NCBI GenBank assembly: GCA_964451965.1 | Contig: CAYVKH010000014.1 | Location: 1,979-65,978 of the forward strand | Origin: an uncultured Opitutaceae bacterium | GTDB taxonomy: Bacteria; Verrucomicrobiota; Verrucomicrobiia; Opitutales; Opitutaceae | Direction: 5' to 3' | Length of the DNA stretch: 64,000 nucleotides | Part shown: in pieces, positions 27,088-36,327 of the stretch | Position numbering within the stretch: the stretch's first letter is position 1 | Layout of the letters: each line of letters starts with the position of its first letter | Translations under genes and position numbers: made by a program | Notes under the pieces: model-generated | What the model was told of the DNA's origin: nothing | Databases searched by the model: none | Seen by the model: the letters and a program-made list of their open reading frames with translations, nothing else

Positions 27088-27677
27088 GAATAGTTCCAGG
27101 CACCGGGATCCATTCCGAGGGCGAGGGGCAATTCATCCCCTATGAAGCCGGCCGCTATGCTCACGTGCGCATCGTGAAGGGTGACGTGGTTGGCGCCGAA
27201 AAGAGGGGCAAACGTCGTCATCATTCTCTGTGACATCCTGCGGCGGCTCGGCTCGCAGGCGATGATAATGCGGGCGCGTCGCCTCAGCTTTGCGCCCAGC
27301 ACGGCGAGCTCGGCATCGGTCAGCTGATGAAAGATCAGGTTGCCTATCACCACGGCGTACGTGTCGTAGCCGGAGAACGTCTTGAGGTCCTCGGCGAGCC
27401 ACTCGCATCCCCTGGGCCAAAGCGCCGGGCGCGGCCAGAGGTCGAGTCCGTCCAGGGAAAGGCCGCACCTGTTGAGCCGCAGGCCCAATTCGCCCACGCC
27501 CGCCCCAAGCTCCAGCGCCCTCTCGCCGGGGCGAATGAGAGGAGGAAGCACGCGCTCAAACCACGTTCCGTTGCCCATGAAGAGGTTTATGAGGCGCAGG
27601 TCGCGGCGGTTGTGCACCGCGTCGGGGTGATCGAACGGCAGCGAATCGAGGATCTCGGGCTCGCAAACTCGGTTCAC
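27033..27677 (-). CDS. Class I SAM-dependent methyltransferase
   Basis: The GTG start at 27677 overlaps the stop of the upstream membrane-protein gene (GTGA). SAM motif I is ALELGAGVGELG. The upstream part of ORF 27033..28208 is a shadow of the 27674..28123 gene. Confidence 0.72.
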   Translation of the reverse strand: MNRVCEPEILDSLPFDHPDAVHNRRDLRLINLFMGNGTWFERVLPPLIRPGERALELGAGVGELGLRLNRCGLSLDGLDLWPRPALWPRGCEWLAEDLKTFSGYDTYAVVIGNLIFHQLTDAELAVLGAKLRRRARIIIACEPSRRRMSQRMMTTFAPLFGANHVTLHDAHVSIAAGFIGDELPLALGMDPGAWNYSCRMTALGAFRMVAVRNP

Positions 27678-28123
27678 GGCGGGGGGGCGGCCCCGGCGCC
27701 CGGCGAGGCGGGGGCAAGGACGCGGCGGATGAGGGCTACCAGCGAGTTCAGGATGGGGAAGTAAGCCGCGAAGAAGAGGGTCATCGCGAGGCTGAAGTCC
27801 CGCTCGCCGAGCACTCGGTCGAGGATGTTTCCCGGGTAGGCATAGCTCGTTCTCATGGCGTAGCCGCCAAGTTCGAGCAGCCCCATCGGAAGCAGCCCGT
27901 AGAGATACTGCTTCCACCAGGGAAGACACCTGAGGACGACTGAGACCGGCACCATATAGATCACGTAGACGATAATCACCTGCCACCAATGGTTGAAGCA
28001 GGCGACCTGAATCCACTGGCCTGCCTGGTTCATCCCCGTTCCCACCAGGAAGTAGGCGATCGAATACGTGGCCCAATGAACGGGCGTCAGGCGGAGTGAT
28101 TCGCGGAGATGTTTTAGGAACAT
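27674..28123 (-). CDS. Small integral membrane protein (about 4 TM), unknown family
   Basis: ATG at 28121-28123. Hydrophobic segments: YSIAYFLVGTG, WWQVIIVYVIYMVPVSVVL, LYGLLPMGLLELGGY, MTLFFAAYFPILNSLVALI. G+C is visibly lower than in the neighbours. No ICMT-type motif. Confidence 0.58.
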   Translation of the reverse strand: MFLKHLRESLRLTPVHWATYSIAYFLVGTGMNQAGQWIQVACFNHWWQVIIVYVIYMVPVSVVLRCLPWWKQYLYGLLPMGLLELGGYAMRTSYAYPGNILDRVLGERDFSLAMTLFFAAYFPILNSLVALIRRVLAPASPGAGAAPPP

Positions 28124-28146
28124 CGCTTCTTAATGGGTGACAACTT

Positions 28147-29010
28147 TTGTATAACGTCAGCAAATTCCTTTTCAAAGCCCGCGCTGTGACGCCCACGAAC
28201 GAAGCCATTGCCGGCCACTACGACTCCCTCGACCCCTACTACCGCGATCTCTGGGGCGAGCACGTGCACCACGGGCTCTGGCTCAGCGGACGCGAGTCCC
28301 AGGCGGCCGCGACGGAGCAGATGAGCCTCCACGTCCTTTCCGGCCTGGAGCTCGCGCAGGGCGGGCGCATGGCCGACATCGGATGCGGCTACGGCGGGAC
28401 GGCCAGGATCGCGGCCGAACGGTACGGGGCGAAGGTGGTCGGGCTTACCCTGTCGGCGGCGCAAAAGCGCCACGGTGAGGGCATCCCCGTGGGGCGCGGC
28501 TCGGTGGAGATCCGCGTCCAGGATTGGCGGAACGCCGCGTTTGCGCGCGACTCGTTCGACGCCCTGATCTCGCTGGAGAGCCTTGAGCATGTGGCTGACA
28601 AGGCGGGCTTTGCCCAGATGGCGCGGCGCGCCGTCCGCCCAGGAGGGCGGGTGGCCGTTGCGACCTGGCTGTCGGCCGAGGGCGTCTCGCCGTGGTCGCA
28701 AAGGCACTTGTTGGATGCCATTTGCAGGGAGGCCGTGCAGGCGACCCTGGTGACGGCCGCAGAGGTGATCGAAACGTTTCGTGGCGCGGGATTCAGGTTG
28801 CTGAGCTCGGAGGACCTCAGTTCCAAGGTCAGCCGGACATGGAGCGTGATACTGCGCCGGCTTGCGGCGCGCCTCCTCACCCGGCGCGCCTATTGGGGCA
28901 TGCTTCTGAACGGCCGGGCGGAAGACCGGGTATTTGCGCTGACGGCTGCCCGCCTGTGGCTTGCGTATCGGACCGGCTGTTTTCGATTCGGATCCTACGT
29001 GTGGCACTGA
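28147..29010 (+). CDS. SAM-dependent methyltransferase, gamma-tocopherol-methyltransferase-like
   Basis: HYDSLDPYYRDLWGEHVHHGLW, then DIGCGYGGTARIAA (motif I), LISLESLEHV and RPGGRVAV. The ORF-track start at 28147 is TTG. An alternative in-frame GTG lies at 28186. Confidence 0.82.
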   Translation: MYNVSKFLFKARAVTPTNEAIAGHYDSLDPYYRDLWGEHVHHGLWLSGRESQAAATEQMSLHVLSGLELAQGGRMADIGCGYGGTARIAAERYGAKVVGLTLSAAQKRHGEGIPVGRGSVEIRVQDWRNAAFARDSFDALISLESLEHVADKAGFAQMARRAVRPGGRVAVATWLSAEGVSPWSQRHLLDAICREAVQATLVTAAEVIETFRGAGFRLLSSEDLSSKVSRTWSVILRRLAARLLTRRAYWGMLLNGRAEDRVFALTAARLWLAYRTGCFRFGSYVWH

Positions 29011-29084
29011 GGCGCGGGCCGGGGGGCGGGACAGTCGAAGGTTGCCGGGCCGCCAGAGCGTGTCCAGAGTACGGTCCACAGCAA

Positions 29085-29561
29085 ATGAGCGCCGCAAAGA
29101 AGAACCCCGTCGACCTGATCGCGCAGGCCGCCAGGAAATTTCCCCGCCGCCCCTCATGGGACGAGTACTTCATGGCGGCGGCGGTCCTGATCGCCACGCG
29201 CTCCAACTGCGAGCGGCTGCACGTCGGGTGCGTCATCGTTTCCGGGGGGGACAGGAAGAACAGGCTGGTTGCGGCGGGCTACAACGGCTTCCTGCCGGGA
29301 ACGCCCCACGTATCCCGCATCCGGGCGGGCCACGAGCAGGCGACCGTCCACGCCGAGCAGAACGCGGTGGCCGACGCGGCCAGGCGCGGCAGCTCGGTCG
29401 GGGGATGCATCGCCTACGTGACCCACTACCCCTGTGTCACGTGCGCGAAGATGCTCGCCGCAGCCGGGATAGCCGAGATCAGGTACCGCTCCGACTACCA
29501 CAACGACCCTCTCGTCGGGAAGCTGATGGCGGACGCGGGGGTGACCGTGCAGAGGCTCTGA
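29085..29561 (+). CDS. dCMP deaminase (ComEB/CDA family)
   Basis: ATG at 29085. SWDEYFM, the zinc motifs HAEQNAV and PCVTCAKM are present. Confidence 0.87.
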   Translation: MSAAKKNPVDLIAQAARKFPRRPSWDEYFMAAAVLIATRSNCERLHVGCVIVSGGDRKNRLVAAGYNGFLPGTPHVSRIRAGHEQATVHAEQNAVADAARRGSSVGGCIAYVTHYPCVTCAKMLAAAGIAEIRYRSDYHNDPLVGKLMADAGVTVQRL

Positions 29562-29576
29562 AAGGGGGGGAGACCC

Positions 29577-30131
29577 ATGCGCGAACGCACGCACAGGAAA
29601 AGGGAATCGCTCGCCGGGTCGATCCTTCTGGCCCACCCGGTGCTGCGCGACCCCAATTTCCGGAGGACGGCGGTCCTCATGTCGACCCACGGCCCCGAAG
29701 GGGCCATGGGGGTCGTGCTCAACCGGCCGCTCGGCAAGCACCTGGGCGAGCTGAAGGGGGACTTCGCGCTCGGGCCGCTTTCCGCGACCCCGATCTTCAC
29801 CGGGGGGCCGGTCCAGACCGAGCAGCTCATCCTTGCGGCGTGGCAGTCCCGCGAGGACGCATTCCAGCTCCACTTCGGGATAGACCCTGAGAAGGCGGTC
29901 CAGATGCTGGCCGACGAGTCCACGCGCCTGCGGGCGTACCTGGGCTACTCCGGATGGTCGGCCGGGCAGCTCGAGAACGAGCTGAAATGCGGGACCTGGA
30001 TCGTCGCGAGCCCCCCGGCGGACCTCTTCGAGCGCCCGATGCAGGACGCGCTCTGGCGCTCGCTGCTCGCCGACGAGGGCGACGAGTGGCGCCTCTTGGC
30101 CGACGAGCCCGACGAGCCCGGGAAGAACTGA
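29577..30131 (+). CDS. YqgE/AlgH family protein (UPF0301)
   Basis: ATG at 29577 with a G-rich RBS. GSILLAHPVLRDPNFRRTAVLM, GAMGVVLNRP, GGPV and GYSGWSAGQLENE are present. Confidence 0.85.
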   Translation: MRERTHRKRESLAGSILLAHPVLRDPNFRRTAVLMSTHGPEGAMGVVLNRPLGKHLGELKGDFALGPLSATPIFTGGPVQTEQLILAAWQSREDAFQLHFGIDPEKAVQMLADESTRLRAYLGYSGWSAGQLENELKCGTWIVASPPADLFERPMQDALWRSLLADEGDEWRLLADEPDEPGKN

Positions 30132-30172
30132 GTTGACAGGGGGGGTGTACGCTCTCTGTTTTGGTGCCTTTT

Positions 30173-30298
30173 ATGAAAGTCGTTTCCTCAATCAAATCGG
30201 CCAAGAAGCGCCACCCGGACTGCCAGGTGGTGCGTCGCCGCGGCAAGATCTACGTCATCAACAAGACCGACCCGCGTTACAAAGCGCGACAGGGCTGA
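30173..30298 (+). CDS. rpmJ: 50S ribosomal protein L36, zinc-independent (type B) form
   Basis: Not listed in the ORF track because it is 41 aa. Translation is [41 protein letters not shown], ending in TGA at 30296-98. It has a single Cys, so no CxxC...CxxxH zinc ribbon. Confidence 0.85.
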   Translation: MKVVSSIKSAKKRHPDCQVVRRRGKIYVINKTDPRYKARQG

Positions 30299-30317
30299 AA
30301 CTTAACCCATTTCCCAC

Positions 30318-30569
30318 GTGAAATCCGAAGGTCACCCGTCGCTCAACCCCGTCTGCTTCCTCGATGTCGCCACCGGCAAACGCTTCCTGACCCGCTCGAC
30401 GATGAAGTCGGCCCGCAAGGAATCGATCGACGGCAAGGAGTACTTCATCGTCCTGCGCGACGTGACGATGGACTCCCATCCCGCGTACACGGGCGAGAAG
30501 CGCCTCGTGGACACGGCGGGACGCGTCGAGAAGTTCACGTCCAAGTTCAAGCGCAGCACGAAGAAGTAG
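30318..30569 (+). CDS. rpmE2: 50S ribosomal protein L31 type B (zinc-independent)
   Basis: GTG start at 30318. HPSLNPVCF.D...G..FL..ST, DSHPAYTGE.R.VDTAGRVEKF is present. It lacks the CxxC pair of type A. Confidence 0.87.
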   Translation: MKSEGHPSLNPVCFLDVATGKRFLTRSTMKSARKESIDGKEYFIVLRDVTMDSHPAYTGEKRLVDTAGRVEKFTSKFKRSTKK

Positions 30570-30580
30570 CCCGAAGGCAG

Positions 30581-31213
30581 TTGAAGCTGATCTGTTTTGA
30601 CTGCGACAGCACGCTGAGCTCGATCGAGGGCATCGACGAGCTCGCCAGGATCCGCGGCCCCGAGGTCTTTGCGCGGATCGAGGCGATGACCGCGGACGCG
30701 ATGGACGGGAAGGTCCGCCTCGAGGATGTCTTTGGACTGCGCCTGGCCATCATCCGGCCGGGCGCGGGGGACGCGGCTGCCGTCGGCGGCCGGTATGTGG
30801 CGGGCGTCGAGCCCACGGCGAAGGCCACGGTCGCGGGCCTTGCGAGGGCGGGGTGGACGCCGGTCATCGTGAGCGGCGGCTTCCGGCAGGCGATCCGGCC
30901 GCTCGCCGACTTCCTGGGCGTGGATCGGGTCGAGGCGGTCGACCTGTTCTTCGGCCCCGACGGCTCCTACGGCGGCTACGACTCGGCCTACCCCACGACC
31001 CGCTCCGGGGGGAAGCTGGAGATCATCCGAAGGCTTCGGGCGGAGCTGGGCGCCGGGAGGGTCGTCATGGTCGGCGACGGCGTCAGCGACCTGGAGACCG
31101 CGCCCGCGGTCGACCTCTTCATTGGATTCGGGGGCTATGCCACGCGCGAACGGGTGAAGCGGGAGGCGGGGGCCTTCGTCACCTCTCTGGCGGCGATCCT
31201 TCCGCTGGTCTGA
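30581..31213 (+). CDS. HAD-IB family hydrolase, phosphoserine-phosphatase-like
   Basis: TTG start, forced by motif I lying at the N-terminus (ICFDCDSTL). Later motifs are VSGG and MVGDGVSD. Confidence 0.72.
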   Translation: MKLICFDCDSTLSSIEGIDELARIRGPEVFARIEAMTADAMDGKVRLEDVFGLRLAIIRPGAGDAAAVGGRYVAGVEPTAKATVAGLARAGWTPVIVSGGFRQAIRPLADFLGVDRVEAVDLFFGPDGSYGGYDSAYPTTRSGGKLEIIRRLRAELGAGRVVMVGDGVSDLETAPAVDLFIGFGGYATRERVKREAGAFVTSLAAILPLV

Positions 31214-31234
31214 GCCCGGGGGACGCGGGGCCCC

Positions 31235-32509
31235 CTACGGGAACAGGCCCCGCTTCTGCTTGGCATCGGCGACGCGGGCGATTCCGAGGGTGAGCGCCGC
31301 GAGGCGGCGGCTGAACTTGAACTTCCGCTTCTGGTACTCCACCGAATCCTTCGCCTTGTCGAGTATCGCCCGGAGCTTCTCCAGCACCTCGTCGCGCCCC
31401 CAGTAGAAGCTCTGGTTGTTCTGCAGCCACTCAAAGTAGGAGACGATGACGCCGCCCGAGTTGCAGAGGACGTCCGGGATGAGCTCGATGTCGCCGCGCT
31501 GCTCGATGATCCGGTCGGCGGCGTTGGTGGTGGGCCCGTTTGCGGCCTCGGCGAGCAGCCGGCACCTGAGCTTCGGGGCGTTCTTCTCGGTGATGACCCT
31601 CTCGAGCGCCGCCGGGACGAGGACCGTGCACTCGAGCTCCAGCAGCTGCTCATTGGTGAGGGCCTCGCCGCCGTCGAAATCCTTCAGGACGCCGGCATAC
31701 TTGACGTACGCCGCGGCCTTCTTGACGTCCAGGCCCGCGGGGTTGTGGACCCCGCCCATGTAGTCCGACACCGCGATGATCTTGGCCCCCATGGCCGACA
31801 GCGCAGCAGCGGTCTCGCTTCCCACATTGCCGAAGCCCTGGATCGCGATCGTCGAGCTCCCGACCGGGATTTTCATGTCCTCGAGGTACTTCCCGACCAG
31901 GTGCGCCACGCCGACCCCGGTGGCCTCCCGCCGGCCCTGGGACCCGCCCAGGGCGATCGGCTTTCCGGTGACGACCCCCGGCGAGATGTGGCCCATGTGG
32001 TTCGAGTAGGTGTCCATCATCCACGCCATGATCTGCTCATTCGTGCCCACGTCCGGGGCGGGGATGTCGACCTGCGGCCCCACGAAGCCGATCATCTCCT
32101 GCATGTAGCGCCGCGAGAGGTGCTCAAGCTCGTTGGGAGACAGCTCCCGCGGGTTCACGATGACGCCGCCCTTGGCGCCGCCGAAGGGAAGCCCGACAAG
32201 CGAGCATTTCCAGCTCATCCACATCGCCAGGGCGGCCACCTCGCCCAGGGTGACGCTCTCGTGGAACCGAATCCCTCCCTTGGACGGGCCGGTCGAGAGG
32301 CTGTGCTGGACGCGGTACCCCTCGAAGACGGTCACCCCTCCATTGTCCCTGCGCACCGGCAGCGAGACCGCGATGCACCTGCGGGGGTACTTGGTCCGGT
32401 CCCTGATGTCGTCTGCGAGGTTGATCGCGTCGGCCGCCTGGTCAAATTGGCGGCACGCCATGCGAAAGACGTCTGAATCATACAGGCTCGATACGACTGC
32501 CTTTGACAT
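31235..32509 (-). CDS. gdhA: Glutamate dehydrogenase (Glu/Leu/Phe/Val dehydrogenase family)
   Basis: KGGIRFH, LPFGGAKGG and the NAD(P) Rossmann IQGFGNVGS are present. ATG at 32509; the longer ATG at 32545 would overlap uvrB. Confidence 0.9.
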   Translation of the reverse strand: MSKAVVSSLYDSDVFRMACRQFDQAADAINLADDIRDRTKYPRRCIAVSLPVRRDNGGVTVFEGYRVQHSLSTGPSKGGIRFHESVTLGEVAALAMWMSWKCSLVGLPFGGAKGGVIVNPRELSPNELEHLSRRYMQEMIGFVGPQVDIPAPDVGTNEQIMAWMMDTYSNHMGHISPGVVTGKPIALGGSQGRREATGVGVAHLVGKYLEDMKIPVGSSTIAIQGFGNVGSETAAALSAMGAKIIAVSDYMGGVHNPAGLDVKKAAAYVKYAGVLKDFDGGEALTNEQLLELECTVLVPAALERVITEKNAPKLRCRLLAEAANGPTTNAADRIIEQRGDIELIPDVLCNSGGVIVSYFEWLQNNQSFYWGRDEVLEKLRAILDKAKDSVEYQKRKFKFSRRLAALTLGIARVADAKQKRGLFP

Positions 32510-32543
32510 GGGTGTGTTCTGCCCGATGTCATAGCAATTGGCC

Positions 32544-34568
32544 ATGCTTTTTAAGCTCCGTTCCGACTACATGCCGACGGGCGATCAGCCGCAGGCGATC
32601 GAGCGGCTGGTCGGGTCCCTCGCGGCCGGCAACAGGTACCAGACCCTGCTCGGGGTCACGGGCTCGGGGAAGACCTTCACGATGGCCAACGTCATAGCCA
32701 GGTGCGACCGGCCCGTCCTGATCATCTGCCACAACAAGACCCTGGCGGCCCAGCTCTACTCCGAGTTCAAGAGCTTCTTCCCCGAGAACGCCGTCGAGTA
32801 CTTTGTCAGCTACTACGACTACTACCAGCCCGAGGCCTACATCCCCTCGAGCGACACCTACATCGAGAAGGACTCCTCGATCAACGAGGAGATCGAGCGG
32901 CTGCGGATGTCGGCCACGAGCTCGCTCGTCAGCCGGCGGGACGTGATCGTCGTCGCCAGCGTCTCGTGCATCTACGGGCTCGGCTCGCCCGAGGACTTCA
33001 CCGAGCTGCGAATACCGATCAGGAGGGGCGGGAGCCTGGGGCGGAACTCGTTCCTCGAGCGCCTCGTCGACAACATCTACGAGCGCAACGACTACGAGCT
33101 GAAGCCGGGCAGGTTCCGCGTCCGCGGCGACGTGGTGGACGTGATGCCCGCGTACACGGAGCACGGCCTGCGCGTCGAGTTCTTCGGCGACGACGTGGAG
33201 GACATCAGCGAGTTCGAGCCCCTGACGGGCGAGGTCATCCGCAAGCTGGAGAAGTTCGACCTGTATCCCGCGAATCAATACGTGAGGAGCCGGGGCTCGC
33301 TCACCCCGGCGATCGCCTCGATCAGGGCCGAGCTCGAGCAGCGCGTCGGCTGGTTCGAGGCCCGCTCCAAGCTCCTCGAGGCGCAGCGGATCAAGATGAG
33401 GACGAACTACGACCTCGAGATGCTCCAGGAGATGGGCTTCTGCAACGGGATAGAGAACTACTCCCTTCATTTTGGCAGCCGCAGGCCGGGCGACCGCCCC
33501 TTCTGCCTGATAGACTTCTTCCCAAAGGACTTCCTCCTGATGGTCGACGAGAGCCACGTCACCGTCCCCCAGATCGGCGGGATGTACAACGGCGACCGCT
33601 CCCGCAAGCAGACGCTCGTCGACTTCGGCTTCAGGCTTCCCTCGGCGCTCGACAACCGGCCGCAGAGCATCGAGGAGTTCAACCAGATCACGGGCCAGAC
33701 CCTTTACGTCTCGGCGACCCCGGCGGAGCACGAGGTCGCGAAGTCGTCCGTCGTCGCGGAGCAGGTCATAAGGCCGACGGGGCTCCTCGACCCGGAGATC
33801 ACCGTCCGTCCCATAAAGGGCCAGGTCGAGGACCTGATCGGCGAGGCCAAGGCCGCCGCAGCGGCGGGCGAGCGGGTCCTCGTGACCACGCTCACGAAGC
33901 GCCTGTCGGAGGACCTGACCGCGTACCTGCGGGAGGCGAAGGTGCGGGTCGAGTACCTGCATTCCGACATCGACACGATCGAGCGGATAGAAATCCTGCG
34001 GAACCTCCGGCTGGGGAACTTCGACGTGCTGATCGGGATCAACCTTCTGCGGGAGGGCCTGGACCTGCCCGAGGTGGCGCTTGTCGCGATCCTGGACGCC
34101 GACAAGGAGGGGTTCCTCAGGAGCGGGACGAGCCTCATCCAGACGGCCGGGCGCGCGGCGCGCCACGAGAAGGGGCGGGTCATCTTCTACGCCGACACGA
34201 TCACCGGGTCTATCGCGCGGACGATGGAGATCACGAACGCCCGCCGCACGAAGCAGATCGCCTACAACCTTGAGCACGGGATCGTCCCGCGCAGCGTGAA
34301 GCGCGGGGCCCAGGCCAGCCTGCAGACCTACGACGGCTCGGGCGAGAAGGAGGAGGCGGCGGCCCTGGAGAGCCCGGACGACGTCGCGGCCGTCATAGCC
34401 GAGCTCGAGGACGAGATGAGGGAGGCCGCCGAGAGGCTCGAATTCGAGAAGGCGGCGCTGATTCGCGACCAGATCGACTCGCTCAGGTCGGGCGCCTTCC
34501 GGAAGATGGCCAGGCCGGCCTCTCGGCGGCTCAGGCCTTCCCGGTCGGGTTCTGCAGCCGGGGACTGA
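32544..34568 (+). CDS. uvrB: Excinuclease ABC subunit B
   Basis: ATG at 32544 ([19 protein letters not shown]). Walker [24 protein letters not shown], and a C-terminal UVR domain ([11 protein letters not shown]) are present. Confidence 0.95.
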   Translation: MLFKLRSDYMPTGDQPQAIERLVGSLAAGNRYQTLLGVTGSGKTFTMANVIARCDRPVLIICHNKTLAAQLYSEFKSFFPENAVEYFVSYYDYYQPEAYIPSSDTYIEKDSSINEEIERLRMSATSSLVSRRDVIVVASVSCIYGLGSPEDFTELRIPIRRGGSLGRNSFLERLVDNIYERNDYELKPGRFRVRGDVVDVMPAYTEHGLRVEFFGDDVEDISEFEPLTGEVIRKLEKFDLYPANQYVRSRGSLTPAIASIRAELEQRVGWFEARSKLLEAQRIKMRTNYDLEMLQEMGFCNGIENYSLHFGSRRPGDRPFCLIDFFPKDFLLMVDESHVTVPQIGGMYNGDRSRKQTLVDFGFRLPSALDNRPQSIEEFNQITGQTLYVSATPAEHEVAKSSVVAEQVIRPTGLLDPEITVRPIKGQVEDLIGEAKAAAAAGERVLVTTLTKRLSEDLTAYLREAKVRVEYLHSDIDTIERIEILRNLRLGNFDVLIGINLLREGLDLPEVALVAILDADKEGFLRSGTSLIQTAGRAARHEKGRVIFYADTITGSIARTMEITNARRTKQIAYNLEHGIVPRSVKRGAQASLQTYDGSGEKEEAAALESPDDVAAVIAELEDEMREAAERLEFEKAALIRDQIDSLRSGAFRKMARPASRRLRPSRSGSAAGD

Positions 34569-35109
34569 GGACCCCTATGCAGGGCAGGTTCCGGTACCGC
34601 TCCGCGAAGTCGAGGCCGTAGCCAACGACAAACCTGTCGGGAATCTTGAAGCCCACGAAGTCCGCGTCGAACGGCACCTCGCGGCGGCCCTCCTTGTCCA
34701 GGAGGACGCAGGTCCTCAGGCTCGCGGGACCCAGCTTCCTGACGAGGGCCGAGACGAGGGTGATCGTCTTTCCCGTGTCGAGGATGTCGTCGATCAGCAG
34801 CACGTGCCGGCCCGCGATGTCGATCGTGAGGCTGTGGACGATCTGGGGGGTCCCGACCGACGTCGTCCTGTTCCCGTAGCTCGTGATCCGGACGCAGTCG
34901 AGGCGCACCGGGTTCTCGATCTCGCGCATCAGGTCCGCGGTGAACATCACGGCGCCGTTGATGATCGAGATGATCGTGAATTCGCCCTCGCCGTAGACCT
35001 TCCTTATCTCCTGGCCGAGCTCCTGGACCCGCGCCTTTATCTGCGCCTCGGTGAACATCACGCTTTCCAAGTCGGGGTGGTGCTCTGGGTTCCTCGTGTG
35101 GGTCGGCAT
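34531..35109 (-). CDS. hpt: Hypoxanthine(-guanine) phosphoribosyltransferase
   Basis: PRPP loop [13 protein letters not shown] and [14 protein letters not shown] are present. ATG at 35109 or 35058. The rest of ORF 34531..36468 is antisense shadow. Confidence 0.9.
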   Translation of the reverse strand: MPTHTRNPEHHPDLESVMFTEAQIKARVQELGQEIRKVYGEGEFTIISIINGAVMFTADLMREIENPVRLDCVRITSYGNRTTSVGTPQIVHSLTIDIAGRHVLLIDDILDTGKTITLVSALVRKLGPASLRTCVLLDKEGRREVPFDADFVGFKIPDRFVVGYGLDFAERYRNLPCIGVLSPRLQNPTGKA

Positions 35110-35247
35110 GGGTGCGGTGTCCAGACAGGCGCACTGCGGCGCCGGACGCAAACCGTTAAGGGCGGTCCGCGGAAATCTCCCCCCCGCTTTTCTTTTGACT
35201 TCGACTCCGGCCGTCCTTCGGTCGAGGCTCCTCCGCCCACGCGAGGA

Positions 35248-36318
35248 ATGATCTCCATACGGATCCAGAAACTGACCAAGCGATTCGGCGCCGTCACCGC
35301 GCTGCACAACCTGGACCTCGTGGTCGGGCCCGGGGAGCTTTTCTTCCTGCTGGGGCCGAGCGGATGCGGCAAGACGACCCTCCTGAGGTGCCTGGCCGGT
35401 TTCTACACCCCCGAGGAGGGGCGGATCTTCTTCGGCGACGAGGACGTGACGCGGCTGGCGCCCCACAAGCGCAACACGGGGATGATGTTCCAGAGCTACG
35501 CCCTCTGGCCCCACATGTCGGTTGCGGAGAACGTGGCCTTCGGGCTCGAGGAGCGGAAGCTGCCGCGGGCCGAGATCCGCACGAAGGTGGGCGAGGCGCT
35601 CGAGTCGGTCCACATGGGCTCCTACGCCGAGAGGCGCCCGAACCAGCTCTCCGGGGGCCAGCAGCAGCGCGTGGCGCTCGCCCGCGCGCTGGTCATAAGG
35701 CCGAGGTGCCTGCTCCTCGACGAGCCCCTGTCGAACCTGGACGCAAGGTTGAGGCTCGAGATGCGGATGGAGATCCGCCGGGTCTGCAAGGAGTTCAGGC
35801 TGACGACCGTGTACGTGACCCATGACCAGAAGGAGGCGCTGTCGGTCTCCGACCGGATGGCCATACTCGAGGGCGGCAGGATCCTCCAGGTCGGCTCCCC
35901 CCAGGAGATCTACCGGCGGCCGGCCCTGAAGACGGTGGCCGACTTCATTGGCGAGACCAACTTCATCCCGGGCAGGCTGCTGTCGTCGTCGCAGGGCCGC
36001 GCGCGGGTGTCGACCGCCATCGGGGAATTCGACGGCGTCTTCGGCGACCCCGCGTCGCCGCCGGACGTCGGCGCCGCCGTGACCCTCTCGGTGAGGCCGG
36101 AATGCTGGGCGATCTCCGCCGAACGCCCCGAGGGCAACGCGGTGCGGGGCCGGATCGGCGCCTCGCTCTACCTGGGAGAGAACGCCCAGTACGACTTCCA
36201 GTCCGGGGGCGTCGGCCTGAAGATCCTCGAGCTCAACCCCCGGTTCGTCGACCGGTCCGACACGGAGGAATTCTTCGCGGGCGCGCGTTCCGAGGACGTC
36301 GTCGTCCTGAAGGACTGA
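35248..36318 (+). CDS. ABC importer ATP-binding protein (FbpC/PotA-like with a C-terminal TOBE-like domain)
   Basis: ATG at 35248 after GAGGA. Walker A GPSGCGKTT, signature LSGGQQQR, Walker B LLLDEP, and H-loop VTHD are present. Confidence 0.9.
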   Translation: MISIRIQKLTKRFGAVTALHNLDLVVGPGELFFLLGPSGCGKTTLLRCLAGFYTPEEGRIFFGDEDVTRLAPHKRNTGMMFQSYALWPHMSVAENVAFGLEERKLPRAEIRTKVGEALESVHMGSYAERRPNQLSGGQQQRVALARALVIRPRCLLLDEPLSNLDARLRLEMRMEIRRVCKEFRLTTVYVTHDQKEALSVSDRMAILEGGRILQVGSPQEIYRRPALKTVADFIGETNFIPGRLLSSSQGRARVSTAIGEFDGVFGDPASPPDVGAAVTLSVRPECWAISAERPEGNAVRGRIGASLYLGENAQYDFQSGGVGLKILELNPRFVDRSDTEEFFAGARSEDVVVLKD

Positions 36319-36327
36319 GGCACCACG

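Noticed and set aside
30132-30172. Zur box or sigma-70-like promoter upstream of the L36/L31 type B pair (TTGACA at 30133-30138)
   Set aside because: No AT-rich palindrome is present, and no acceptable -10 hexamer lies 16-18 nt downstream of the TTGACA. I cannot support a call.
32529-34277. 582-aa minus-strand ORF and 523-aa + strand ORF (32702..34273) inside uvrB
   Set aside because: uvrB (32544..34568) is unambiguous, with Walker A, DESH and a UVR domain. These are shadow frames.
34531-34568. 38-nt overlap of the convergent 3' ends of uvrB and hpt (and the 8-nt overlap at 47412..47419)
   Set aside because: Short convergent overlaps are common in compact high-GC genomes. Nothing further (no hairpin, no alternative frame) suggests a special function.
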